64,000 nucleotides of DNA from the human T2T-CHM13v2.0 reference genome, Homo sapiens, in the NCBI RefSeq assembly GCF_009914755.1, contig NC_060929.1. One strand, given 5' to 3'. The position numbers and the translations under genes are program-made. The notes under the pieces are model-generated. The model was not told the origin of the DNA. It saw nothing but the letters and a program-made list of their open reading frames with translations, and searched no databases. This document shows, piece by piece, positions 1 to 15,944 of the stretch. Every line of letters starts with the position of its first letter. The first letter of the stretch is position 1.

Positions 1-13
1 TTTAAGTTGTCTT

Positions 14-19
14 AATAAA
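14..19 (+). terminator. AATAAA polyadenylation signal, probably the 3' end of the upstream + strand gene (IQGAP2 by recalled synteny)
   Basis: AATAAA at 14-19 followed by G/T-rich sequence (32-68). Gene assignment relies on recall that IQGAP2 ends about 8 kb upstream of F2R. Confidence 0.45.
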
Positions 20-87
20 TCAAAGTCATTTAGTGGGTAGGGGAAGATTATTGGTCGGGTTTGTTAGGAGAGAATACATTTCTTGCT

Positions 88-510
88 GTACTGGTTAAAG
101 TATAGAGCAAGCTGCTGTAAGGAAAAGATACAAAACCCTGGTGTCTAAAACAAGGGGTAGAAGTTTGTTTTTCTCAAATTCAGCTCAACGGTGAGCAGAT
201 CCACAAGGTAAAGAGTTCCAGGTGGGTCAGTTGGCTCTGTCCTTGTACTGATTCCCCCCAGCCAGATGAGGAAGAGGATGGCGAAGAAGTCCAGGGCAAG
301 CCTTTTCAGTTATACGCATCACTTTAACTTCCACTTACATTGTATTGGCCAAAACTGAGTCACGTGGACACAGCTAGCTAAAGATAGTCCCTAACTAGGC
401 AGCCATGTAGCCAGTGAATACAGAGAGGTAGAGAGGGAATTGGGTCTGTTATTAAAAGGAAGAAAAGGAGTGTGATTCCTGCTGACAGTTTAGGAGTCTT
501 CACCACAAAA
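88..510 (-). mobile_element. Degenerate MaLR LTR (MLT1-like)
   Basis: Blocks such as 'cacttacattgtattggccaaaactgagtcacgtggacac' resemble MLT1 LTR reverse complement. Boundaries approximate. Confidence 0.45.
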
Positions 511-3199
511 GGATTCCAGACTCTCAGGCTGGAACCTCCCTGCCACTTTGTTCATGCCTGCAACAGGCTTTATTTTTTCACAAATTGCAAAATATTGAGA
601 AAGTAGGTTAGTTTATGTACATGTGGCACAAATAAACTTGAAGGGTAAGACCAACAGAATTTGGAAAATTCAAATTAAAAAAAGTAAAATCTGCTACTTT
701 AGTGATGGTTTCAGGCTATATATATTTTTTTTGACAAAGAGATGAATAGCTTAAAACAATGCTCACTATCTCAACAGTTTGCGGGTATGTATGTTTTGTA
801 ATGCATTAGCCTTAATGCAGGCTTTGGTAGAAGGAATTAAATATAGTTAAGTTTCACGTTGAAAATAAACCTCCCTCTTGCCCTACTGCTAGCATTGGAA
901 AGGGGAACAGGAGCCAGGGGCAATGAGGGGTGGGCAGGGTAAGCTTCCTTCTTGCTCCGGGCAAGGCTTTTAGTGGAAATGTATAGAAGGAGCCAAAATT
1001 AGGGAGCAATGTTTTGGAGGCAAAAGCCAGCCTTTCCCAGCATCTCTGAAAGGAGCTTATCTTAACTTATTGCAACACTGAATGATATGCTTGAATGTTA
1101 TTTGTACGAATAAAGATATTTGCATCATGTCAATACCTTCAAGGAACGCTGTGAATGATTTCTCTGTTGGCCCACAAGATGAGGTTATTGTTGAAGACAT
1201 CACCAATTGCTATTTGTGTGAGATCTTTAAGCGGTATGAATGGGTGACCTGAGAAGAAGGCTCATGATGAAGGAACAAAACCAAGGGCCATCGGGGCCTG
1301 GGTGTAGCAGACTTCAGTTTACAGAGATTTGTTGGAGCCAAGTCCTGTGCTACTTTTTAAGAGGACTAAACTGTCCCTCAAGCCAGAGGACAATTCTTGA
1401 TAACCCTGAGCCTGAGCCACTAAGGACTCCAACTTCCTCCCAGAGCCCATAGATTTTTCTTACTCAATGGAAAAGGTTTTTTGTTGTTTGGGTTTTTTGT
1501 TTGCTTGCTTTTTTGCTTTTAAACACTGAGCAATTGGAACTATAACTTATTTTTGCAAAACTGACTCCTGTATTTTGATTATTTTGATTATTTTGATCTT
1601 AAAAGCAAAAAGTACTTATGCAACACTATAGGTGCTCTCAAAGGATATGCTTTAGTGGTCTTCAGGAGAAGGAAAATATGTGTATGCTTTATTCTGAAAG
1701 TTAGTGGTGAAGAAAGACCAGCTTGGTGTGACCGTTGTCTGATATGAATGATCTCAACTATAATTATACGTTAGTGTTTGTGTGTGGTTGGGCACAAATT
1801 AGAAATGCTATTCATGATGTGATTTTTATGACTTTGTCATTAAGTAGGGATTTGTGGTATTCCTCAAACATTCCAAGAGGCAAACCACAAAACTCTGAAT
1901 GGTGAAAGTTGTCTTTATTTTGAAAAATTATAGTGAGCACTGGATGTTCTTATTGCTGGTTAGCTTTTTGAAAAATCTATTGCCAATGTTACTAAAACCA
2001 AACTTGGTAACAGGTTACAACAGAGGCCCCCTAAGCTCCAGAGGACAGAATCTGTGTTTCAGTCACTCTAAATCCGGAGCCTGGCAATGCTTTGTAAATA
2101 AATGGCAGGTGCAGACAGGGGTTCTAGCAATGGAATGAAAAGCAGACAGACCCTACCACCCCCACTGCCCCTCAGGAGTCCACTATTACTTCAGGTTGGC
2201 ACTTGTATGAATGGGGCTTTTACTTATTATCTCAGCCTAAAAATGAATAGCCTCTCAACTCAATCTCCAAATAAAATATCTTATACAGATTTACTATGTT
2301 GCCTCACTGTTTTCCTTAGAGTATAAAATCTTTTAGCTAAAATATATTGAAAGGGAAATCAATGAAGAGGGAGAACTAGGAGATAATGTGTTCACCTTAC
2401 TTAACTGGAATGAAAGTTTTTGGTTTTTGTCGTCTTTTAATAGATACTGAATTTGACCTTTGTTTAGCACCCTAAATCATAGGGATAGCCTACCATTCTA
2501 TCGATGGTAGAAATATAGTTGTTGATCCATTATGAGAGATAAACTTCCAAATCTAAGCTGACAGTACGGGTTTATAACAGCGAAAGACAGAAACAGGTCA
2601 TCTGTTGGTTGGCTTGTAACCTGATTACAAACCTTCTGTTTGCTTTAAAAAAAATGTGGCAATATATACACAGAATCTGGTAGTGCCTCAACCTACTTTG
2701 AATACTTTCATATGAGCTCTGGTATCCCCATCATTTAGCTTCCAAAAGGAAATTACTATGCAAGTTCTTAGAATATACTATTGTCTTTGGAACACTTCAA
2801 ATAGAAGAGTGGTAACCAGAATACCTGAAGCAGGTAGATCATCTGATGGCTTACATGAAACTGCTTTCGTATCATCTAGTTATTAAAATGTTTACCACGT
2901 TGATGCCACATTTGTTTGAAAACACTACTAAATACCATAAACATTATGGGAGGATGGCTAATGACTCATACTATTTGGTACCAGGCAAGTTAAAACAGAG
3001 AAAATGAAAACCGGAAACTAATATCAAGTGGTTCCAATATGAATGATGCTGCAAAGTCAAGATTTCATTTCCAAGAAATATTTTTAGCAACTCTGGTTAG
3101 GCAGATTTTCAACATGTTTATCATCTCTGGTTAAGTAGATTTTCTACTCTCAGAAACCTACAGATGTTTGCTTTAAAACTGACAAAGGGGTTTTGGTAG

Positions 3200-4719
<1,520 letters not shown>

Positions 4720-4889
4720 TTAGAAAATAGTCATTTCTGACCTCTGGTCAGATAAAGGGAAAAAAGCAAAAAATTAGCTATGTTAGGAATATAAATGGGG
4801 ACAACACTACAGATAAAATAGTTTTAGAAGACTAAAATTTATTATATGTATACAAGGGAATAGTATACTATTTAAAAAGAATTAGATAA

Positions 4890-5308
<419 letters not shown>

Positions 5309-5548
5309 TTCATTGTACGTCTTTTTGTCACTAGAGGTACATTTTGTTCTAACAACTAAGACCCCAAAGCATCCTTTTAAGCTTTATCGTTTTGTAAAAT
5401 GGTTAAAAATAACATTTTCCACCAATGACACAGATAAAATTTTAAAATGTGGTGGTATTATTCCATTCTTATTTTAAGGATATACATATATGCAATTTGT
5501 ATGTGGATATGATTTTTTGAATGGTGAACAGAAACTTAGTGGTCAGGT

Positions 5549-5997
<449 letters not shown>

Positions 5998-6851
5998 TCA
6001 GATGGCAACTAGGGGAGGGGAGGCAGAAGGTAATTTATTTTTCATTTCATATCCTTCAACTATCAGAAATTTTGTCATATGTGTTTATATTTTCCACTGT
6101 GTTTCATTGATTCTAAAATGCCTTTTCTTCATAACCCTGAAATTGGAGTGTTTCTTACAATCATTGGTATGTCACATTTTTTTCTGGCTTGTGGTAATGG
6201 GTTAAAATGATAAATTGTAAAATCAATGACGTCTTAGGAATAATGAAAAATAGTTTAATAGTGAATGAAGAACTATGTAATTTTAACTGTTCACATTTAC
6301 TCTTGGGTATGTTTCCAGAGGATAACTGAACGGGGATAGATTTTAAAAAGCTTTATTTAACTGGGTACTTCCGCAATTTAGTGATCAACTTCTGTGTACA
6401 ACAAGGTACTGTCCTTTGAGGATGATGGGAGAATACAGGGAAGAACGAAATCGCCTCTGATCGTACTTTCTCCACGGATGTAAGTGTCCGGGCTCTAGTG
6501 GGGGAATGATACTCTTCGTGCGAAATTCACTTTTAAAAAAGGCTTAGAAAACTGACCACCGGCTCTCAGCTGCAGCTTATCAACCACAGAACTCCGAATA
6601 TGCCCGCACATCAGTGCGCTGGGTTAAGAGGAGAAGGGGCTGCGGCTGAGCTTTCCTAGAAACAGCTATTTGGGGACCCATTTCCTGTTGGAGTCTGAAA
6701 GGCGCACGCACCAGAGCCAGTGGCAAAGCAACTTAAGCTGCAGGCTCCTCCTGCCCACCCCCAGCCGCGACGCCCCTGGGGGCCCTTAGCAGACTGCCAA
6801 GCGAGTGTCCCCGCCCTGTGCCTTGAATTTAGCCAAACTCCTTTAATATCA

Positions 6852-7100
6852 GGCCTGGCGCGGTGATTCACGCCTGTAATCCCCGCACTTTAGGAGGCTG
6901 AGGCAGGAGGATCGCTTGAGGCCAGCAGTGAAATTAGCCGGACATGGTGGCGCGCGCCTTTCTGTGGTCCCAGGTAATCCGGAGGCTGGGGCGAAAGGGT
7001 GGCCTGAGCCAGGGAGATCGAGGCTGCAGTGAGCCGTGTTGGCGCCACTGCACTCCAGCCTGGGCGACAGGGCAAGACCCTGCCTCAAAAACAAAACAAA
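6852..7100 (+). mobile_element. AluJ-like, internally deleted, CpG-retaining
   Basis: Alu dimer lacking the end of the left arm; AAAAC tail. Confidence 0.85.
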
Positions 7101-7658
7101 CTGTAATATCGTTCAAGAACGTGTGAAGGACACTTGGAAAGTTACCAGGCCATTTCTCTCCTGGGCGCCCGCGGCCCTAGAACGCCGGCCTCACCGGCAG
7201 ACGCGCGCCCTCCTCCCAGATGCGCAGGTGACCCCGGCGGGCGGCGCGGGAAAGGGAAGAGCTCCGCGAGGCCGCGCGGGGGGGAAGCGGGAGAAGCCGC
7301 TCTTCCTATTCCACTCGCAGTCTGCGTGTGGGGGAAACGAGTGCCCGGCGTATGAAACGCCTAACTTCGCGAAATAAAGAGAGACGTATAAAAGTTCAAG
7401 AATTCTGTCCAGACTCAAGGGCCCTTTCTCATTTAGGGGCAACCCTGTCACTACATCATAAACTTTTAAATCCGTGATCCCCACGTTACAAAAGCAGAAG
7501 TCCCTTTTAGACTTTTAGCGAAAACTGAACTTTGCCGGTGTCCCACACGGAGGGAGGGAGGACGGGAGGCCACGCCAGGGCTGCGGGGCTGCAGGGCGTG
7601 GACGCATCCTGGCCGGGGCGTCCACTGTCGACGTCTCCACATCCCAGGAGGGTCGAGA

Positions 7659-7684
7659 CGGCCGCGGGAAGCGGCCGCGGGAAG
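7659..7684 (+). repeat. 13-bp tandem duplication (CGGCCGCGGGAAG)x2 = PAR1 -506 insertion allele
   Basis: Two exact copies; the next base (7685) is exactly -506 from the ATG at 8191. Confidence 0.88.
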
Positions 7685-8190
7685 CAGCCTGCGAGCCGTG
7701 CGGCCCCATTCCAAGGACCCCGCCAGTGTGAGTCACTGACAGCTTCGCGAATCAACGGTGCCCAGAGGAAAAAACTTCTCATTTGGACTTCTAGGCCCGG
7801 CAGTGGCCGGCGGCCAGGGCCCCCCAGTAGGGCAGGGCGGGGCGGGGCGGGGCGCACAGAGCCAGAGGGGCTTGCGAGCGGCGGCTGAGGGACCGCGGGG
7901 AGGGGGCGCCGAGCGGCTCCAGCGCAGAGACTCTCACTGCACGCCGGAGGGCGCCCTTCCTCGCTCGCGCCCGCGCGACCGCGCGCCCCAGTCCCGCCCC
8001 GCCCCGCTAACCGCCCCAGACACAGCGCTCGCCGAGGGTCGCTTGGACCCTGATCTTACCCGTGGGCACCCTGCGCTCTGCCTGCCGCGAAGACCGGCTC
8101 CCCGACCCGCAGAAGTCAGGAGAGAGGGTGAAGCGGAGCAGCCCGAGGCGGGGCAGCCTCCCGGAGCAGCGCCGCGCAGAGCCCGGGACA

Positions 8191-8278
8191 ATGGGGCCGC
8201 GGCGGCTGCTGCTGGTGGCCGCCTGCTTCAGTCTGTGCGGCCCGCTGTTGTCTGCCCGCACCCGGGCCCGCAGGCCAG
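8191..8278 (+). CDS. F2R: F2R coding exon 1 (signal peptide region of PAR1)
   Basis: ACAATGG strong Kozak; MGPRRLLLVAACFSLCGPLLSARTRARRP plus 1 nt; donor CAG|GTGAGA at 8279; phase-1 intron. Confidence 0.98.
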
Positions 8279-11165
8279 GTGAGAGATGCACGGGAATGGG
8301 GTGCGCGGGCGGAGGGACGCCGAGGGGAGACTGCGGGGGTCACTGTTGCGCCTTCTCCTCACCCCTGCCTCAGTTTCCTCCGAAAGCCAAACTGGCATTT
8401 GGGCTGAGATCTGGAGTTTTTTCCAGTCACGTTTAGGTGGGGCGTGCCACCCCCTTCGCGGGCCCAGCCGATGCCCCTTTGGACTCGATCTTGGAGGGTG
8501 CAGCCCGCCTGCCACGGGGTGTTGGATATGGAGGAGGATGGAGCGGAAGCCCCCTGGGGGAGCCTGCAGTCCTGCGTTGCACTTGTCATTGTGTTTCTCC
8601 CAGGACCACCCCCAAAAAGAAAAGCTCTCACGTTGCTCCACCAATAAACGTTTCGATCTTTAAAATATAAAGTGGCGAACCGCTGCCGCTGAAGTTTTGC
8701 TTTGTTGGAAGTTTTTTTCTTGCACATTTTACAGGCGAGAAAAGTGATGTAGAGAAAAGCCCAGGCAGTCCCTTGGCATGTTTAGCAGAGAATCAGTACC
8801 AGCAGCCCCCGGCCCGGCCTTGTGTCCAGGAGGTGCGCAGGGTGCGAGATATATGGTGACAATAGCAGAGGCTCCGCGTGGTGGCGGGGGAGGGGACATG
8901 GAGAGGATTTTGTTGTTACCTAGAACCCATTCCTTCTAAGTGAGTTGAAGAGAGAGATCCCTCCCCAGGATCGGGCTCCCTCGAACACTGTGGGATCCCA
9001 GTATTTCTTAACGAGATTTCTGATCCACTGCAAGAAGGTTGCTCCCCTAGAATATTTTCCCCACTAGTAGTCTATTTTTAAGTATCTGGCCACTTGACCA
9101 AATAAATAAATTTGATTAATTTATTTGGTCAAATATTTTCTGTATCCCTTTCCCCAAGAGCAGCACAGATGAGTTGTTTTTAGCCTGTAAAGGCGCTAAT
9201 TAGAAAGTGAGAAAAGTGTTTTTGAATTTCCTAATAACAATAGTATTTTATAAGCTTTGAGCCATTTTTTTTACGCTGAAAGAAGTTCTAGCGGGTTTTC
9301 TTGTTATCGCTAAAAGAATGTGCACTCTATATTGCTCCCACACTCAAAAAAAAGTGTAGACACATCAAGATTAAGAGGTGACAAAGACATAGCATGTTCT
9401 CGCCTCTCTGTCTTTGTTCAGGGTGAGTTTTGAGATGCTTTTGGGAAAACTAAGAGCTCCAGACTGGGGCCCAGTGTTTAGCAGTAACTAGCCTGCCTGC
9501 AGATAAGTGAGCATTGTTGCCCAAAGTGTTTGAGAGAACACCGAGAACTCCTGAAAAATTGTTTGCGATGAGATATGATTTCACATACCATTATGTAATT
9601 TGCACAATGTAGTTTGAGGACACGCTCTTGAGAATCCAGTGTTTTGTTTGAGATTTGGATCATGGGGTGGAGAACAGAGCTTATAGAAATGCTGCACCCT
9701 TTCTCACAGTGGCCTCCCAGCAAGGTGTGTAGCCTCATTAGGGAGTGAAGTCAAAGCGTACTGGTTTCTGCCAAGCTTCTTACATCCTCATGGCAGGAGT
9801 GGTGCATGTTAATATGGACAGTGCTGGTGTAGACAGAAAGGCAGGTGGATGAACTTGGCTAGTTTATCAACACTGGATTCTGGAACCACTTTGGGAGGGA
9901 AAGAAGAAAGGAGTATGATAGAGGAAAAGGAGCGCTTGCTAAGTGCCATATTCCATGTCAAGCCCTGGGCCAGAAGGAATTTTCACTTAGATTGTCTCAT
10001 TTCACCTTGTCAAAACACCTTGTTAAGGTGGGTATTTATCCCCTTTTGCTGATTCTGAAACTAAGACCCAGAGACAGCGGCTAAGCAAGTGGTGGCGGGT
10101 GGGGCAGGGAAGGGGCAGTCCACCCACCCTGGGTGCAAGCAATTAGGAATAAGTGGGGCTTTGTCTTTAGAAAATTTAAAATCACTAATAAAATCAACCC
10201 AAGATAGGTTTACTTTCTATTACCACCATGCATTGACAATTCTAAGCATTGTCTGTCATAAGGTAGTGGTGCTGGGACTCTGAGGCATCCAACAGTGCCT
10301 CCCATCCTTGAACCGCCACCGCTGTGATAGAGTTTATTGTCCAGGATTACCAGCTCTGTGTGCCAAGAGGGGCGGTGAAGCCCTCCCAGGGCTGGCCCTG
10401 ACCACCAAGCTGAGCCTTCCTCCAGCACTTCCCGACTTTTTGTTCCCACTCATTTTGGCATTTCCTGCCTTGTCACTTTGTGTGTGTGTCTCATTCTCCC
10501 AACTAAGATTATAAAGTTTTATTTATCCCCATGGTGACTAAAACAAATGTTCACTCAGCAGATAGTTGTTGAGAAATGTGTAAATTCATCAACCAGTTTA
10601 CATTCGTCTAGACAATTTAAGTGAGATGATATGTGATCATTAAAAGGGCCAACATCCAAGAGTAAAAGGTGATGTTTATAAATTTTATGGGGCTCTAGAG
10701 GGTTAAAGTGTTCAAGAATAGCTGGTGGTGACTATGACAGAGAGAACTTGGTGGGCAATTCCACTTGCTACCCTCCTACTCACAGAGTCAAGCCCAATTC
10801 TCTGGCATGGAATGAAGTGCTCCTCCCCTTGCAGGAGGGTCCCCAGCCCCTCTCCAGCCATCTCCTATTACTCACCCTCCAGTTCACCCAGCCCCATCCT
10901 CTAGATCCTCCCTTCAAGGAGCTATGCTTTCTCTGGCTTCTGTCCGCATGCCACTCCCTCTGGCCAGAATGCCCTCCCCATATCCCATACCCGCCACGTT
11001 CATGTTTAATTAAAAACAGCTACCCTCTGTGGAGTACTGACTACAGCTGACATCCTTCTTAGGGACGTTACAATACTATCTTATTTATTTCTCACAACAG
11101 CCCTTTGAGTAGATGTCATCCTCATTTTACTGGTTATAAAACAGAGACCCAGAATGGTTAAGTCA

Positions 11166-11537
<372 letters not shown>

Positions 11538-12050
11538 CTAACACCCCCTATAGAAAGGAAGCCATCTAGACTCCCAGCACCTCTTACAGTAGAGAAGTAA
11601 CCCCACTGTGCTCCCTAGTACAGTATGGATTTACCTATTTTTGATAATTCATCAAAATATAGAAGCAAAGTCTGTGCCCTATCGCCTTGGTAGCTCAGGC
11701 CCAGCACAGGGAGGTATTTAGTAAGCATTTATGCACGGACTGTGGTATTCTCTCATTTACTTTCGCTAACAGATGATAAGGCAGGCTCTGAAAAGATCCC
11801 TGCTCATGAATACACTAATTAATCAGATGTTACAAGAGATATTGCTAGTAAACCTAAACAGAAAGACAGAAAACTGAGCAGTGGTTCTACCGTAAGCAGA
11901 CCAGAAAGCTCTATAAAGCCTGAAAGTCAGATTTCTTATGAGTCAGCAAGTAATTTTCTGCCCTACTATCTATCTATCTATCTATATCTAATAATTTTTA
12001 GTGGCTTTGCCTTTATTTTTATAGAACATACCAGCATAGCAGGTTCTCAG

Positions 12051-12340
12051 GGTCTGGGTGCAGTGGCTCACACCTGTAATCCCAGCACTTTGGGAACCCT
12101 AGGCCAGATGATCGCTTGAGACCAGCCTAGGCAACATAGTAAGACCCCATCTCTATTAAAAAAAATAATTAAAAAGTAGCCAGGCACTGTGGTGTGCACC
12201 TGTAGTCCCAGCACTTGGGAGACTGGGAGGATGGCCTGACCCAGGAGTTCAAGGTGGCAGTGAGCCATGGTCACGTGACTACACTCCAGCCTGGGCAACA
12301 GAGTGGGAGAGACGCTGTCTTCAAAATATTTAATAAATGA
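12051..12340 (+). mobile_element. AluJ-like
   Basis: Diverged Alu dimer. Confidence 0.85.
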
Positions 12341-12374
12341 AAATTTTAAATTTAAATTAATCATTTAAATTTAA

Positions 12375-13123
<749 letters not shown>

Positions 13124-13670
13124 TAGTTTTACCATTCATAATTTTCTGTTTGTTTCCTTTTTTGCGATTTCTTTCATTCTGCCTTTTTCTTTCTCTTGCT
13201 TGTGCCTAAAACTGTCGTCATAAATAGCTCTGTCTATATACTGAGAATTTTTTTCTGGGCATGAGCTTTCACTTCCCCAGATACCGTCTCCCACACTGAC
13301 CTTGTCGTGGTACTTGGAGGAAGCCACTTAAAGGGCCCTGACGGTCCTATATACATTATTTGCTTTCAAAAGTAAGTGGCCTTTTGAAACAACAGGAGTA
13401 ATCTGCAATTTGCCCTTGAAAACACATTTATATAACTTTAGGAAAAGACATTATGTAATCTATTTATATTTCAAGTCTATGATGAATTAAAAATCAGGTA
13501 TTATGGTATTGTAGAATAGTGTTTACCAGTACAGTATTTTCCTCTTTCGTAACCAACAGTAAGAACTGTAGAAACAACACTTCACATTCTGATATGGTAG
13601 GGATGTGTGTTTTCAATAAATATGTGTGGACAATCATAGTATATATGTAAACATGAAACAAAAGTTTTAC

Positions 13671-13768
13671 CAAACAGTGCTCACCTTTACTGCATTGTAT
13701 GCATTTTGATATTTTCCACAAACAGTGCTCACCTTTACTGCATTGTATGCATTTTGATATTTTCCACA
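13671..13768 (+). repeat. Perfect 48-bp tandem duplication
   Basis: caaacagtgctcacctttactgcattgtatgcattttgatattttcca x2. Confidence 0.95.
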
Positions 13769-14554
13769 CTATATTCTATTTTTAATGCTTATTGCAATCT
13801 TGTGAATTGATTTCATAGCCATTGCTAAATCTATAACATAATTTAAAACATATTGCAGCAGCTACATGAATATTCCTATGGTAGCCAAATCAAAGGCCTT
13901 ATTAGCTTTTCAGGAAGAGTTCTGTTTTCCTGGAACTGTTGTTTATTATTGTTCTTATCATGTCTAGAACCTAATTTATTTGAGTTCAGATATACAGACT
14001 GCAGAAGGACTTGGGCAGGGTTGGGCATGGGGACAGTTTTTATAGTACAACTCACAGTATTTTGTACAATACAAAGCTGTCCCCATCCCCAGCCCTGGGG
14101 AGGAATTGGTGATCATTGACATCCTTGACTGTGAATTAGTTTTCATTTTAGCTAGATGTCTTGTTGGAGAGTAGAGATCAGCATTCCCAAGACAGAGAGC
14201 TCAGGACCTGTAACTTTTCTTGGAGAACAGACCTGGAGAAATGGGGAAAGCCGGGGAACCTGAGTAGTTCCCGGGCAAGGCCTGCTAGCATCCTCACCCC
14301 ACGTCAGGCTCTGGCCTCCAGGCTGCTCCAAGCAAGAGCCCACACACTTTCCTTATGTAGTCTTCATGCCTGCTGTGGCGTTGGGTACACCTGCGTTTAC
14401 TTTCCTGCAACTTCCCTTCTCCCAGCTTCCTCTTAGGCTTGCTTTCCTATGCTTCCAGAGGAGTACCTGCTCCAGGACATGGAATGGGAGGAGAGGAGGC
14501 CTCTGATATTGGCAGCTTCTTCTGAACCCCAGTCAGTCAAGAATTCTACCTTTA

Positions 14555-14894
<340 letters not shown>

Positions 14895-15219
14895 TCACTT
14901 ACTGCTCTTGCATCTGCTCCATCTAGAACAGTGTTTTAAAGATGTATTTTTCTGTTTTGTCCTTGAATATCTCCCTGCTATCTCTCTCCTGTGTGTAAGG
15001 ACCAAGTTGTTGGCATGTGTGGTTGGTGTGCAGCCAAAGTCAGTAGGACTCCAGAATTCCCAAGCTTTGGGCATCATCACGTTAAGCTAGCCATTCACAT
15101 GTCCACATACTGCCTACTGTAGCTAAAAGGATGGGCAGATTCATTTGTTTGGTGAAATGCAAAGAGAAAAAGATGGTACTCTTTTAGAAGTAGGTCATGA
15201 ATCACAAGTTTTTAAGGAG

Positions 15220-15450
15220 AGAATAGCGTGGAGTGGTCAAAAGGTATGACCTTTGGAGCTGGGCAGACCTAGGTTCAAACCCTGGCTCCTCTACTTCATA
15301 GCTGTGTGACTTTGGATTAGTTACTTAGCCTCTCTGTGCCTCCATGTTGTCATTTATAAAATGGTAGTTATAATGCTCATGTCATAGAAATGTTAGAATT
15401 ATATGAACTAAGGCAAGTGAAGTATCTGGCACATAGTAGGTGCTCAAAAA
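15220..15450 (+). mobile_element. MIR
   Basis: MIR core 'gctgtgtgactttgg...gttacttagcctctctgtgcctc...tataaaatgg' and 'tggcacatagtaggtgctcaa'. Confidence 0.8.
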
Positions 15451-15944
15451 GATGGTAAGGTTTTTTCATACACCAATGCTTCCATATTCCAGAAAAGCTT
15501 TTGAAGAGTTGATACCAAATAAATTATCTAAATATAAGACAATCTTCACACAAGCATGCAAGAACATTTTCCCCTTCAGAACTAGGACAAAAGAAAAAAG
15601 CAAAAACCCTTGCCCTTAACTTCTAGTGGCAAATAAACATGCATACAGTATTTGTTTGTTTTTTTAACTTTTATTATGGGATTTTTCAAACATACCCAAA
15701 AATGAACAGTATAGTTACTCCCCATACCCATCATCCAGCTTCAACATTATTTACATGTCACCAATCTTGTTTTATCTAAACCCTCAAGTTTCCTCCTCTC
15801 CCAACTGTATAATTTTAAAGCAAATCCCAGATATCATATTATGTCATTCATAAAAACATCAGTAAGCATCCTTAGAGATTAGAACTCTTTTTTCCACATA
15901 ACCACAATACAATTATAATACCTAAAAAATGAACATTTCCTTCT

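Larger units (their letters stand above)
7160..8580. promoter_or_regulatory. F2R: CpG island / GC-rich F2R promoter
   Basis: High GC and CpG density; GC boxes at 7835-7852 and about 7993-8017; AP-1 TGAGTCA at 7729-7735; no TATA just upstream of exon 1. Confidence 0.92.

Noticed and set aside
6740-6775. Genotype of the reported -1426 C/T promoter variant
   Set aside because: The exact base cannot be placed reliably given numbering conventions and the 13-bp insertion.
8062-8190. In-frame GTG giving a 43-aa N-terminal extension of PAR1
   Set aside because: Weak context (C at -3), it would bury the signal peptide, and open frames are expected in GC-rich DNA.
7036-8727. Many overlapping ORFs on both strands
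   Set aside because: CpG-island artefact (few stop codons); Arg/Gly/Pro-rich with no recognisable domain.
13494-13769. ORF with a repeated Cys-rich 16-mer (WKISKCIQCSKGEHCL)
   Set aside because: By-product of the 48-bp duplication; no promoter, splice or homology support.
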